The position numbers and the translations under genes are program-made. DNA of 64,000 nt, from the NCBI GenBank assembly GCA_965153285.1, contig OZ229118.1. One strand, given 5' to 3'. Below the pieces are notes generated by a model, which did not search any database, was not told the origin of the DNA, and saw only the letters and a program-made list of their open reading frames with translations. The stretch's first letter is position 1; every line of letters starts with the position of its first letter. The DNA is from Podarcis tiliguerta. Its lineage: Eukaryota. This document shows, piece by piece, positions 1 through 12,291 of this stretch.

Positions 1-485
1 ATTAGATTTACATAAGATCTCTTTTTACCCCCTGAGAGTCCAATACTACTTTCTTCACTTATGAATCACTATGACATACACGGTTATGGCTTGCACTGCC
101 TGCTTACAGGCGGAACTTCCAATGCTTCTGAAAACAAAACAAATTATTTATTCTCACTTAAATTATATAGGGTGCCCATGAAGATAAACACTATCGAGGC
201 TGAATTAAACAGACATTAAAAGATTGACATTAGAATTTCAAAGCACTTATCTCATTCATACTCCTATCAGGAGTAGCTACTATTTATGCATTTTTGAACA
301 ATACAATTCTAACACAGCTCCAAAGCTGGCATATTGTCAAGGAAGGATACACAAAATGAATAGGAAGGCTGTCTTGAGAAACGAATAGCTCAACATGATA
401 CATCCTTTTGTAAGTATAACAGTCACTCTAAGACTGAAAGACTCTGTAGATCAAAAACAAAACGTGGGCTATTACTTCCTGCAAG

Positions 486-489
<4 letters not shown>

Positions 490-528
<39 letters not shown>
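490..528. repeat. (CT)n microsatellite
   Basis: Perfect CT dinucleotide run. Confidence 0.97.
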
Positions 529-530
<2 letters not shown>

Positions 531-1020
531 CTTATTATGGATTTGGTAAATAGCTCAAGATGATAAGATGTTTTAATAATGGAAAGGTCCTCCCCCTTTT
601 TCTAAGGACACAGAAACACATATGTATTTAACAAAATGTATATACTGATAGCTTTTTTTAAAAAAAGTGTTTGCTGTACTGAAATGAAGATAGCATCAAT
701 ATATATCTAATGCAAGAGGGAAATGCCGACTGAAAAAAATGGCACAATTCTGAATAAGATAAGACCAATCAATGCTCAGTGGATGATGGTAGTTGCAGTC
801 CAACAGCATCTGAAGAGCATAACACTGGTTACCACTGTTTGCAATAGAAGTTTGCAACAGAAGAAGCAAACTTTAGGAAGAATGGTCAGGGGTGATGGAA
901 AGGACAATGAGAGATTAAAAAGACAACATTAACCTGGGAATCATTAGCCGTTAAAACTATTTCCTCCCAGTAAAAGAAATCAAGATATATAGATATATAT
1001 ATTCTCATATATAAACTCTA

Positions 1021-1297
1021 TTTGATGGAGTTACAAGCTTGGTGGATTGGGGGAATGCTGTGGACATAGTGTATCTTGATTTCAGTAAGGCTTTTGACAA
1101 AGCCCCCCATGATATTCTTGTGAGGAAACTGTTAAAATGTGGGTTGAATGAAGTAACTGTTAGGTGGATTTGTAGATGGTTTTAATCAGAGGTTGGATCT
1201 GCCATGGATGCTCTAGCTGACATTCCTGCATTGCAGGGTATTGGACTAGATGACCCTTCGGGTCCCTTCCAATTCTACAGTTCTGTGATTCTGTGAT
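1021..1297 (+). mobile_element. CR1 LINE remnant, internally deleted (RT segment fused to 3' end)
   Basis: 1021-1182 translates as FDGVTSLVDWGNAVDIVYLDFSKAFDKAPHDILVRKLLKCGLNEVTVRWICRWF (CR1 RT motif YLDFSKAFD). It is followed by the CR1 3' UTR (GGACTAGATGACC...CCCTTCCAATTCT) and an (TTCTGTGA)-type octamer tail. Confidence 0.9.
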
Positions 1298-2259
1298 CAT
1301 AAGCATTATTGTGCTACCTTGATTTTTTTTTTTTAAAAAAAAAGATGAAATCTTTACAAAGACTTGCAAATCTCATTTACCTTTTCACTGCCATAAATGA
1401 CCCAGCCAACTCTTAAATTTCATTTTGGAAGTATTTAAAAAGCAAAACAAAATCTCCTTCCAAAATCAAGCCCGTAAACGGCTGTTGGAAATTTAAACGC
1501 ATGCTAGTATGTTACAGATGGTGAGTGAGCCATGTGGATTTATGATGTTAAGCTGTTTCAGAATGAAGGAATATTAATAAGCATGTAAGGCAGCAAGGCC
1601 TATCATGTGTAATTATATTTAGACCTCTGTTACATGCTACATATGCACTCTACAAGCCAGTCCGTTTGGACTGATGAAGATTAAATTAACTCCATTAATT
1701 CCTAATGAATTCCATTAATCACTAATGAGGCTGTATTCACTTTGTTTCCCATATTATAACAACTTCAAGCAAATATAAATGGAATAACTTAACACGACGT
1801 TCTCCATCCCTTCTGTTCAAGGAGTTTATTAAGATGGGATGAAATGAGAAATATAAAAGGCAGCCCATCCCTAAGGACATTGTTGTTGAAAGTGAAGGTC
1901 AAGACAAGAGTTCAGATCAGTTCTGCATTTTCCTCCGCAGTGGAGTCAGACCAGCTATTGCTGTCAGTTCTTCTCCCACAGGACACAGACAATTTTTACC
2001 TGTCACTATTTATTCAGACAGACAACATGAAAGGGAGGGGGAGGAACAGCATCCGTAGGCTTCAAGATACAGAATGGTTAAATCAAATCAAACCAAAGAC
2101 TGCCATAAACTTTTGCTCTAGATATCTGAAGTTTATAGAAGCTTTAGAGCACCCCTTGGCTTGGGGTGCTATTTCTCTCTTTGACGCAGTTTATGTGTTC
2201 TTACCTAGTTACACTCTCATTCAAAATAGGTTGCAAATGTGGGTTTAGAACAGTAGTTT

Positions 2260-2352
2260 TAGACTGCAACATATTACTAACTTACCTGGGAGGATGCCCA
2301 CTGAACTCAATTGGATTTATTTCTATGTAGACATGTACAGTATTTCAGCCTC
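2260..2352. repeat. Old palindromic interspersed repeat (probable MITE relic)
   Basis: Imperfect hairpin centred on CCCACTGAACTCAATTGG. Related copies lie at about 5382-5458 and 58403-58492. Confidence 0.5.
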
Positions 2353-2456
2353 AGTCACTTCTGACATTCCCAGTCATGGCTAGATACACAAGACAGTGTT
2401 TACAGGAAACACAAGATCTAGCTCATACTTTCCTCAACACAGAAGCTGTTAAAATA

Positions 2457-2698
2457 CAGTGGTACCTCGGGTTACATACGCTTCAGGTTACAGATGCTTC
2501 AGGTTACAGACTCCGCTAATCCAGAAATAGTACCTTGGGTTAAGAACTTTGCTTCAGGATGAGAACAGAAATTGTGCTCCAGTGGCGCGGCGGCAGCGGG
2601 AGGCCCCATTAGTTAATGTGGTGCTTCAGGTTAAGAACAGTTTCAGGTTAAGAACGGACCTCCAGAATGAATTAAGTTCTTAACCCGAGGTACCACTG
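2457..2698. mobile_element. Tc1/mariner (Tigger-like) MITE
   Basis: Perfect 18-bp TIRs CAGTGGTACCTCGGGTTA / TAACCCGAGGTACCACTG, with TA on both sides. Internal TTCAGGTTA repeats; 242 bp. Confidence 0.93.
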
Positions 2699-5600
2699 TA
2701 TTATCCTTAGAGGGTAAGATTAACCATCTTACTCTACCTTTGTTGTGAAGGAAAAGAGATTTCAGCTGAAGATCTATCTGTAAAATCTACAAAATAGGTT
2801 GCTAACCTAGTCACTAAATTTGGCATTCTATACGCTGTCTTTTTAGTTTCTCAAATCTATTATATTTCAGGTATTAAAGGGAGACATCTTCCTATTATCC
2901 CCGATCATTAAACATGCTGTCTCAGTATGGTGGGAGTTGGATTCAGTATCTAGAGGGCATCCTGCAGGATACAGCTGCTATATAGGATCTATACATTCAG
3001 CCAGGTGTCATTTGCAAAACCCTTTGGCTCTTTTTGAGCTGCTGCAGTCACCATTAAATCTACAAACTGTCTGATCCCAACAAATATTTTTCAGCTTCCA
3101 TCACCAAGAAACTGCAAGCAGAAAGATTACTGTTTCACACGGGTTAGTTTCAGAATTCTTCTGTATTTCTGGTAGAGAAAGTTCCATAATTAAATGCATG
3201 CTTTTCCTTTTCCAGGTTTGTTTGAATTGCAGTCTTTCAAACTGCTTACTGACTCAATCATTACAAAAAAAAAAAAAAAACAGACACCTGTAAATATATT
3301 TTTTCACACATAATTAAAATTATTCAGCATCACTTCAGCATTTCCTCTAGCTCTCCCCATAGACAAGATGCTTCTGTCAAGCAGCTGGGTGGGCTACTTC
3401 AATCTTTCAAATAAGAATTAATGGAAATATAAAATAGGATTTACTGAGCGATGGCAGATGGCTGGAGGATTTTGTAGAGGTGTGACTGGTCTAATTTACA
3501 GCAAGAGTGAGTTCAACCTCTTGCCGTGGACAAAAGGTTAGTTCTGCATTACATTATGAACTTTTTGCTTGATTAAATGCCAGGAGAGAACACACCATTT
3601 TATCCTAGTTCCTTGAATACCAACCTACCAGACAGAGATGATGCCTTCTATCCAGAGTGTAGGATAGAAACACAACTCAGTTTTGCTCCCTAACTATTAG
3701 TGTCTTATTATACTGAAACTGTTCCAGTATAATATAATGCACTCATGGAATGCTGTCCAATGTATAGCAGAGATGAGGAACCTGTCATCCTTCAGATACT
3801 GCTTAACACTCATCAACCACAGCATCTGTGCTGGCACAAGTACAGAAGAGTTAATAGATACCCAGGTTCTAGGTAGAGTCAGAAAAAAATTACTCAGAAC
3901 TTCAGTTGAGACACGCATTAACATTATTGTTTTTAAAATAGTCAGCAGGGAGTTTAGTTGCATTGAAACTGTATGGGGAGGGGCTCTTTAACCCTTTGCC
4001 GCCATTGACAACAGGTTACTGCCCACTGCAAATATGTGCCACCAATGTATCTATCTGTGGCTGAATACAGGAATAACACAATGTCTAGGTTGGCTCCCAG
4101 TACATTTCATACATACCAATATACAACCAATAAAGACATACCAATATACAACAAATATGAAATATTTTATAGCTTCTAATTCTTGTGAGTTCTGTAGTGA
4201 TCACAGTCAATGTAATGTTTATTTCAATACCATATGCCAAGTTTTTGCCAGTTTCAAAATCACATGTGGTATCTTCTTAACTCAAATTAACCCCTAAGGT
4301 ATTCATAGATACAGCATATGCCTGTTAATTGACCACTGTGCAGCCATATGAGTTTGCAAGTCACACATTTAAACAGGCACGGTGCCTATTCTCTGGATAA
4401 ATATAAAGGTAGGATGTTTTTAAATATAGGACACACATTCTGTCCTCACTAAAAGCTTCTAAGGGGAAAATCAGGATAAGACAACAGATCCTGTCAGCCA
4501 TTGTCTGAAATGAAGCAGAAGAACACATGGACATCTTTCAGAATCACACTCCACCCTGGCAGAAAAGAAGGGGGGGGGGGAGGATGACACTTTGATTATA
4601 TTAACAGCCATCAACTAAAAAGAAAACCATGTTCTGTAATGTAATTAAATGACTGAAGCTGCCTACAGTCTAACTTACCATAATTGCTAAAAATGGGATT
4701 TCTTGTTTCAAGAAAGGATAAACATGGTGAGGACAAACAACAGGGATTAGCATTCTAGTGACTTAAGCTCTCTTTCCACCTTCAAATTATGTTCACTGAG
4801 GAGGAGAATGGGGATGTCTCTATTTCTACCCCAAATTTCTAGCAAGTTTTCCCCTCTTTCCTGTCAGAATTGTTGTAGGGTCTTTTCTTTTTTTAAGAAC
4901 TATATTGGAAAAACAGTAAAGAAGCCTAGTAAAGTCAAACATACTTGGCTAGGAAACATTAACGTTTTAAATTCCTAAAACATAAGCACAGGTCATCATA
5001 AAATACATTTAATTCATTGTGCACTTGACAACTCCACCCTTAGGGAAGATTGCCAGAGTCAAACTACACATTATGCTTAGTGCATTTTCCTAGTGGTTCA
5101 TAGATGCATGAATGTGTGGGGAGTTGTTGTTCCACTCTCAGCTGGGAGAAGAGATAAATCTCCTCTTCCAGTTTGCTGTGATCCAAACAACAATTGGGGT
5201 TCCTGGTGCCTATATTTAATTTAAAAATGAAGAGAAATGTAGCTGCAAGTTATGCATTAAACATAACAAGTAGTTTGACCCTCATTCATCTGTTTACCTT
5301 TGTGTGCTTTGTACAGTACTGGAAATGAATTGTTCATTCAGTTAGCAGTTGCAAGTGTTACTACCTTGATAAATTAATCACAGCACAATCCTAACTCAGT
5401 CATCCTACTGAATTCAGTGGAACTTTCTTGCAGGTCAGAGGAGTTAGGATTATAGTCTTATAATAATAAGTTGCTAAAGTAAGCCATTAAAACAATGTAA
5501 CTCCATATTGATGTGAGAAGCATCTGAAACTTCAGATATTTGGGCTGCTGTGAACAATATAACCTTCATTTGGCAGCAGCACAATATGAAGAGCTATGTT

Positions 5601-5728
5601 TGCCCAGCAGCAGCTCAAGATGCAGGCTTTGAAAAAAGAATGCCACTACAAATGACCAACAGAACTGGTTTAAAGCAGCATTGAAACAAACTATGCGATA
5701 ATAGCTTGTAAAGCTGATAGCTACTGCA

Positions 5729-6086
5729 TGTGCAGTTGGCGCTGTGGTTTAAACTACCAAGCATCTTGGGCTTGCCTATTGTAAGGTTGGCAGTTTGAAT
5801 CCATGCAATGGGGTGAGCTCCCATTGCTCTGCCCCAGCTCCTGCCAACCTAGCAGTTCAAAAGCATACCAGTGTGAGTAGATAAATAGGCATCACTGCAG
5901 CGGGAACGTAAACACCATTTCTTTGTGCTCTGGCACTCGTGGTTTAGTCATGCTGGCCACATGACCTGGAAAGTTGTCTGTGGACAAACACTGGCTCCCA
6001 CAGCCTGAAAAGCGAGATGAGTGCTGTACCCCATAGTCACTTTTGACTGGACTTAACCATTCAGGGATCCTTTACTTTTTTACCTT
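5729..6086 (+). mobile_element. Sauria SINE (POM-like)
   Basis: tRNA-like head (GGCGCTGTGGTTTAAAC...TTTGAATCC), core GTCATGCTGGCCACATGACC, and tail CCTTTACTTTTTACCTT. Possible TSD TACTGCA. Confidence 0.9.
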
Positions 6087-6295
6087 ACTGCACACAAATG
6101 CATGGCTTCATGTGCCAACGATGATTGGGATAGCAAACCTATAGTCCAACAACAACTGGGCGGGGGACCACATTGGCTACCCACTGCACTATGAAGTTGC
6201 AGTTCCTTGCAATGTAGGTTTTAGCCATTGTCAAACAAAACACAGCATAATCTCTAGAAGTCAATAACACATATTGACTTCTGGTTGTTTTAAAC

Positions 6296-6430
6296 CAGGC
6301 TTTCTCAAACTCAGCCCTCCAGATGTTTTGAGACTACAATTCCCATCATCCCTGACCACTGGTCCTGCTAGCTAGGGATGATGGGAGTTATAGGCCAAAA
6401 CATCTGGAGGGCCAAGGTTGAGGAAGCCTC
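6296..6430. mobile_element. Hairpin hAT-type MITE
   Basis: Nearly fully palindromic 135 bp (CCCTCCAGATGTTTTG...CAAAACATCTGGAGGG; TCCCATCATCCCT...AGGGATGATGGGA). Perfect 8-bp TSD TTTTAAAC at 6288-6295 and 6431-6438. Confidence 0.9.
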
Positions 6431-6747
6431 TTTTAAACTGTTTTAAACATTGTGTTTTAGTGTTATAACCTGTCCTGGGACCTTAGGGTGAAGGATGGGT
6501 GTTGAAGCAGAAGAAAGAGAAAGCAATGGCATATTTAATTTTTTTACACCACACACACACACACACAGCCTTTCCATCTTTAGCATGGACTGCCCATAAT
6601 TAGCTCTGTTTTTGCTACTATATTTATCAGCCTGAAACCGATTTAGAATCTCACTCAAGTAGTTTTAATTCATCCTTAGTCTTACTGTTTTAGATCTCCT
6701 GTACACTGCTTAGAGACAACTGTGATTAAGCATCATACAAAACACTG

Positions 6748-6778
6748 TAATAAATAAATAAATAAATAAATAAATAAA
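6748..6778. repeat. (TAAA)n tetranucleotide repeat, probably a LINE tail
   Basis: Perfect TAAA run following an L2-like 3' end. Confidence 0.9.
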
Positions 6779-7923
6779 ACCATGACTTAAATGTTTGGAA
6801 ATGGGAACCACTGAAATGGAAACAGAGCTAAATATTTATTGGATTTAGATAAGCTCCAAGTGCCAAGCAGGTTCTGTATGAGCTGACATAAGCTGAAGCA
6901 GGGACCCCTCAAATGCTTTGTGGTGCCCCAGCAATCAAGAGATCAAAAGAATGTTGCAGACAAAGGTCTGCTGGAGCAAAAGTAATGCCAAAAGTTCCTG
7001 GATCTATTTGCCTGTCATTCAGAAAGATATAGCAGCTTTAGAGGTAATAGTATGACTGCAGATTCCATCCACTTCTCCCAAAAGGGGGAAATTATAGGAC
7101 TTTATTATTATTCCCCAACAGTGGCCAAATCTTGAGGCTGTTGCACTCTTATTAAGTGTGTTTGTAGATTTAAGATTTATAGTCTTCAGGGTGATGGCTA
7201 GAAAAGTGGTCCAGATAAGGCCATTACTTGAACCAGTATGGCATTTCTTATATTCTTTTAAGAAAAGTCTTAAGATGTCCTGTAATTTCATGCATGAGTT
7301 CTTTGCCAACTAGCCATTTAAGTATAATTCTTTGGAAACTAGACAGGAAAATTAAGTTTGAGTTTTAAATTACTGTAACTGAACATTTTATTCTTACAAA
7401 TGTCTTCTATAATTTGTACTTAACCGTTTTAACAAAAAATCTTTTCTAGCCGTCCAGATAACATCCAGGAACAAAGCTGTTCTCCTATTTCTCTTGGCTA
7501 CCGTCTTTAAGATTCAATCCTGTACACTTATAGCACAATTCCAAGAGAATCACACAAACAGGGCAAGTCGAGCAAGCACGTACAAAAAGAAAGAAATAAA
7601 AACAGAAGTATTGCAGCTAGCTTAGAGGAATTTAAATTTAAGTTAGGGAAATTTAAATTGTAACTTCAGTTGACGTCAATCAACTACCTGCAAAATACAA
7701 GTCCCTCAACAGCAGATATTAATGATTCTGGGAAATATTGTAAAAAATGCAAAAACAACAAAAGAAAGCACCCCTGTCCATGACACTAATTGGATATTAA
7801 AGTATTATAGAAGTGTTGGAGTGGTGCTGAAATTAAACAGTGAATCAAAACGTCCAAGTACTACTAGATAGCTTTAGGTAAGCCACTGCCTCTCTCAGCC
7901 TCCCATCAGGATACAGGATAACT

Positions 7924-9030
7924 CAGTGTATTCCAACCATTTTCTGACCGTGGGCCCTTTCTGACCTTGTTTCCTTCCTTTGCTCCCCCCCCCCCCCATA
8001 GAAAGGCAGCTATTTAAATGTTTTGTTTGTCAAAAAACATGTTTGAGTTATTAAAAAAAAACTGGGGTGGATTTCATCCCATGCCTTGCAGAGCCAGGCC
8101 GATGCTGCTGACAGATCTTGCTCCCCTTGGCAACATCCAAAGGCTCCAATCTGCTAGGCCCTGGGGTAAATTGCACCCCGCACATTGCAAAGTCAGGTCC
8201 AGGCTGCCACCTGACCCAGTACTGGTGGAAGCTACAAGCAGCATAGCTGTCAAGAGTCCCTTATTTGGCAGGACAGTCCCTTATCCCAGTGCCATGTCCT
8301 GCTGCTGTCCCTTATTGATGATGTCCCTTAAATTTCCCGGGTTTCAAAGGAAGCAGCTCTTCTCCCTCCCTCCCTGCTGGCCAGGGAGGAGGGAGGCTCC
8401 AACTGTGTTGCTTGGCTGCATTGCTCACCCAATTAGAAGTCTAAGAACGATTGGGGGGTGGAGCTTGCATGCCTTGTGCTGATCAAATCGGCTGTGTTGC
8501 CTGGGGACTCGCCGTTGCTCAACGCTTCCCAGCGGAGAGGTGACGGTGGTTTTCCTTGAGGCTTGAGGCTTCGTTTGGCTGCTGGCTGGGCTTTCTGCCT
8601 TTGGATCAGAGGGGCTCAGAAGTCGAACATACCTGTGCCCAGAAAATCCCTTATTTTGGCTGCTGATCCCTTATTTTTGAGGCTGCTGATCCCTTATTTT
8701 CAAATCTGTAAGTTGACAGCTATGACAAGCAGTGGTCAAAATGGGAGCCACAGCAATCCCCTCTCCTGCTGGAAACAAGGCAGGACTGCTCCAAGAAAAT
8801 GCACATGGCAAAAAGAAGTAGTAGGCCACCCGCTGGTGGTTTGCACCCTTACCTGCTTGTGATTGGCCAAGCAGATAGACAGGCAATCAGGATTTTTTTT
8901 AAAAAAAGATTTTATTTTCTTCTCACTTCCCTCTGTGGCCCCCTAGCTTCATGCTGTGCCCCCCCCCAATTTATGTAATTTTCACTTGTGGCCCCCTTGG
9001 AATATCCCGGCCCCCGGTTGGGAAACACTG
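7924..9030. mobile_element. Older non-autonomous hAT-like element (host of a nested insertion)
   Basis: Imperfect TIRs CAGTGTATTCCAACC / GGTTGGGAAACACTG with subterminal GTGGCCCC motifs. The TSD has decayed. Confidence 0.7.
8242..8724. mobile_element. Young non-autonomous hAT element nested in the previous element
   Basis: Perfect 12-bp TIRs CATAGCTGTCAA / TTGACAGCTATG and perfect 8-bp TSD ACAAGCAG (8234-8241, 8725-8732). Repeated subterminal TCCCTTA(T) motifs at both ends. Confidence 0.92.
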
Positions 9031-9088
9031 GCATATGGCAATGCCTTACGCTTAAGATATGAGATGGAGGAATTGAGAGAAACCAATA

Positions 9089-9454
9089 CAGTGGTGCCCC
9101 GCAAGACGAATGCCTCGCAAGATGGAAAACCCGCTAGACGAAAGGGTTTTCCATTTTTCAATGCGCTTCGCAGGACGAATTTCTCTATGGGCTTGCTTCG
9201 CAAGACGAAAATGTCTTGCGATTCTTGCGATTTTTTTTCGCTCCCCACCCCCTTTTTCTAAGGCACTAAGATGCTAATAGCCTTTTAGCAGCTAATCCGC
9301 TAATCCCTTAAGCCTTTAATAGCTGCTAATAGCCGCTAAACCGCTAATAGCGCTAATCCGCTAATCCGCTAATAGGGTTGCTTCGCAAGACGAAAAAACC
9401 GCTAGACGAAGAGACTCGCGGAACGGATTCTTTTCGTCTTGCGAGGCACCACTG
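9089..9454. mobile_element. Tc1/mariner (Tigger-like) MITE, second family
   Basis: TIRs CAGTGGTGCCCCGCAAGACGAA / TTCGTCTTGCGAGGCACCACTG with TA TSD. Internal CGCAAGACGAA repeats and retained CpGs suggest it is young. Confidence 0.93.
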
Positions 9455-12259
9455 TATTGACATATTCTTCCATCCCTACCCTGGATCAACAGAAGATGAT
9501 GTTCCTCAAAGTGGCTCTTTAACAGAAGTACCTGGTCATCTAGTATCTGAGTCAGCAACACCACTCAAGAGCATGTGAGGATATTACTAACTAGAGCTTC
9601 TCTCCTTCCATTTGCAACCCCTTTCACAGGGAAGCCAATCAGTGGGTGATATTTCACCAGTTTTCAGGAATGGCCATGAAAATGTGTGAAGTGATTCAGG
9701 GGAAAGGGAAAGCTGCGTGTTCGTGCAGTATGCATGCAGCATGCCAAGCGGTGACAACCTTCCTTATAGCAGGAAAACTGTGTAGGTTAGTCAAGCAGGT
9801 GTCCAGCCAGCTTGACTAGTTGGCAGTCACTAGTGTGTGGCTGCCAGTATTAAGCATCCCATGGAAGATGCTCTACTGCAGTGTTTTATGTCTCTCTCTC
9901 TCTGTCTCTCTCTGTCTGGAAAATGGCGGCATCTTGTAGCACCCATGGTGGAGCTGGGAAAACTGATTCAGAGTCAACTTTTTTGTTTTCCTCTTGAGTA
10001 AATGCTGAAGTCTGTTTTACTACAACTCATTGTGTCTGCAGCATAAAGCTACTTCTTTGTGTTTTTTATGTTTTTACAAAGTCTCCCAAACAAATAAAGT
10101 CTAAAGACTTATATGCAGACCACAATGGCTTCCCTGCCCTTGAAAATCTATCAGTAAATGCCCTCAATAATTGATTGTGTGCCAGTAATGTAATTTCCAC
10201 TTTTAGTTCTCAGATAAAAGATATTCAATGTCTTATGTTTGTTTTCCCACGTAAATATATAACTGTTACATTGAAAAGCGATTTGTTGAATGTGTTTATA
10301 TAAACTGTAGCTAGAGAATATTTAATTGTGGTTCTCTCAAACTTGATGGAAGACCGTTATTCCCTAAACCAGGGACTGGAAATTAAATAAATGAACTCCC
10401 CCTCTGTTTTGAAACACATGGTTAAATAAGTGGCTTTGCTAAATGGTTCTCGATAGTATTTCCACAATTCATTTCCTGCTCAAATGAATCTACATTGTTT
10501 AGGCTCTATTAATAACTACACTCTTAAATAATTCAGCAAGGAAAAAGAGTAGAAGTGTTTATCAAACTTTTAATGAACATTAAAAGGTCTTGTGAACTTC
10601 CAAAAGAGTAGGATTGTAAAGAGAATTGTAATTTTGAAAGCTGCTTCTCCCAATCAGTTAAAGCCTCAGATATGAAATCTGAGCTGCTGCGCAGGTGTGG
10701 ATCTTTGGTCCATTCAGCGGAGGGACTCTAAATTGTACATGACTCATTTGCTCTAGAGGCCCTAGAAATGAGATACACACACCAGGCTCCCTTTGACATC
10801 CCTGCCTCCATGGCCTTCAAAACTAAAATAAAACATAGTTTCATTCTTCCACAACTGGAAATAAAAATATATCTTAACTAAAGGTTTTACACTACATTGA
10901 GCTTCCTTGCTGGAAGTATAGAAATTGAAGCTGAATGGCCATTTACAAGATATTCCGCAGTTGCATCCTGCATTGTAGATCCAGCTTTTTGTGGGGTGGG
11001 GGCAATACTAGATGCCAAACATGGTCCTTCCCAGCTTTGCCTAACTTTATGATTCTAGCTCTTTGGGACTGTGATATCTTGCAGATGGAAGGTTTGAAGG
11101 AATCAGTTCCATAATGAGCTGAGATGTTGGCCATAGTTATTTTTGTTTATTTCACATGAAAGCAACTTCAAGGCTGGTTTTATTTCAATATATACTAAAT
11201 ATGGGGCGGGGAGCCCTATGTCACAGTCTCCCTCACCCTCAGAATAGGTCATTCAACTTGCTTATTATCTATCTCCTAAATTATTCTGATAATTTTCACG
11301 ACCCTGCAAACCAACTAGGTGAAGCAGGGTCAAGGAAACACAGTCTGTGATATAAGATGTGTGGCACATAACAGAGAAAGAAGGGGAAATCATGTAGTTC
11401 TTATCTTCCTACTAACTGTTGATAGGACAATTTAAAAATTAAAGCAAATACAGAGTCTGGGGTATAAGAGTTATGGACTGATTACTGGCTTACAGAATTC
11501 AGTGAACAGCAATTTAAAATAATGAGATTAGGGACTGAGAATAATTATACAAATAATAGCTTAGAAAATGTAGATAATAAAAACCATTGAATACAAGTCT
11601 AGGGAAACTTCTCGTCTCTAGTATTCTTCATTTTCTGTTAATGCAGTGTAGTGTATTCATCTTGCAGGAAGGTGTTAAATTTAACATGAAGTTTTGAATG
11701 ATTGAAAAAGTTATGTAAAAGGCATGTCTAAAAACAGGTAAGAAGTGATTTTGGAAAGTCTTCCAGGAAGATCGTAAGTGATTATATCCCTTATTGATTT
11801 TGACTGTAGCCTACAGATGATGGATTTTCTACTGACTCAGTTTTCAGAGAAGCAACAAAAAGAGGTTGGATCCTAAGAACAGTGAGACCAGTTGAAACTG
11901 GTAGCTACTAGATTTCACATTATTGATCATTAACTGTGAAGGCAGGTTGTATGCAGGTTAGGAAATGTCCTCATCACCAGTTACACCAACACTACAGACG
12001 GAAATAAAACAAAACAAGGTTTCAGGTGCCAATATTGTCCTCTTCAAAGCAAGCCGTTGAGTGTGCGCGGACTGAATAGGAAGTGAAGTATTTCTGACAA
12101 GTAACTTTATTTCTCCATGCCAAATAACTTATTCAGCAGACAAGAGGAAAGTCACCAAGTATCAAGGTCACCTTTCCAATTTTTTAGGCAGTACTCTTCA
12201 AAATCTCTGAAAGTTTTAGTTCTTGTATTGCCAACAATTTTGAAACAAGCACAGGTTGG

Positions 12260-12260
12260 G

Positions 12261-12288
<28 letters not shown>
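12260..12288. repeat. (GT)n microsatellite
   Basis: Perfect GT run. Confidence 0.95.

Positions 12289-12291
<3 letters not shown>

Noticed and set aside
9089-9454. CRISPR-like repeat/spacer array (recurring CGCAAGACGAA)
   Set aside because: The repeats are irregularly spaced, occur in both orientations, and lie within TIRs and a TA TSD. The context is eukaryotic with no cas genes.
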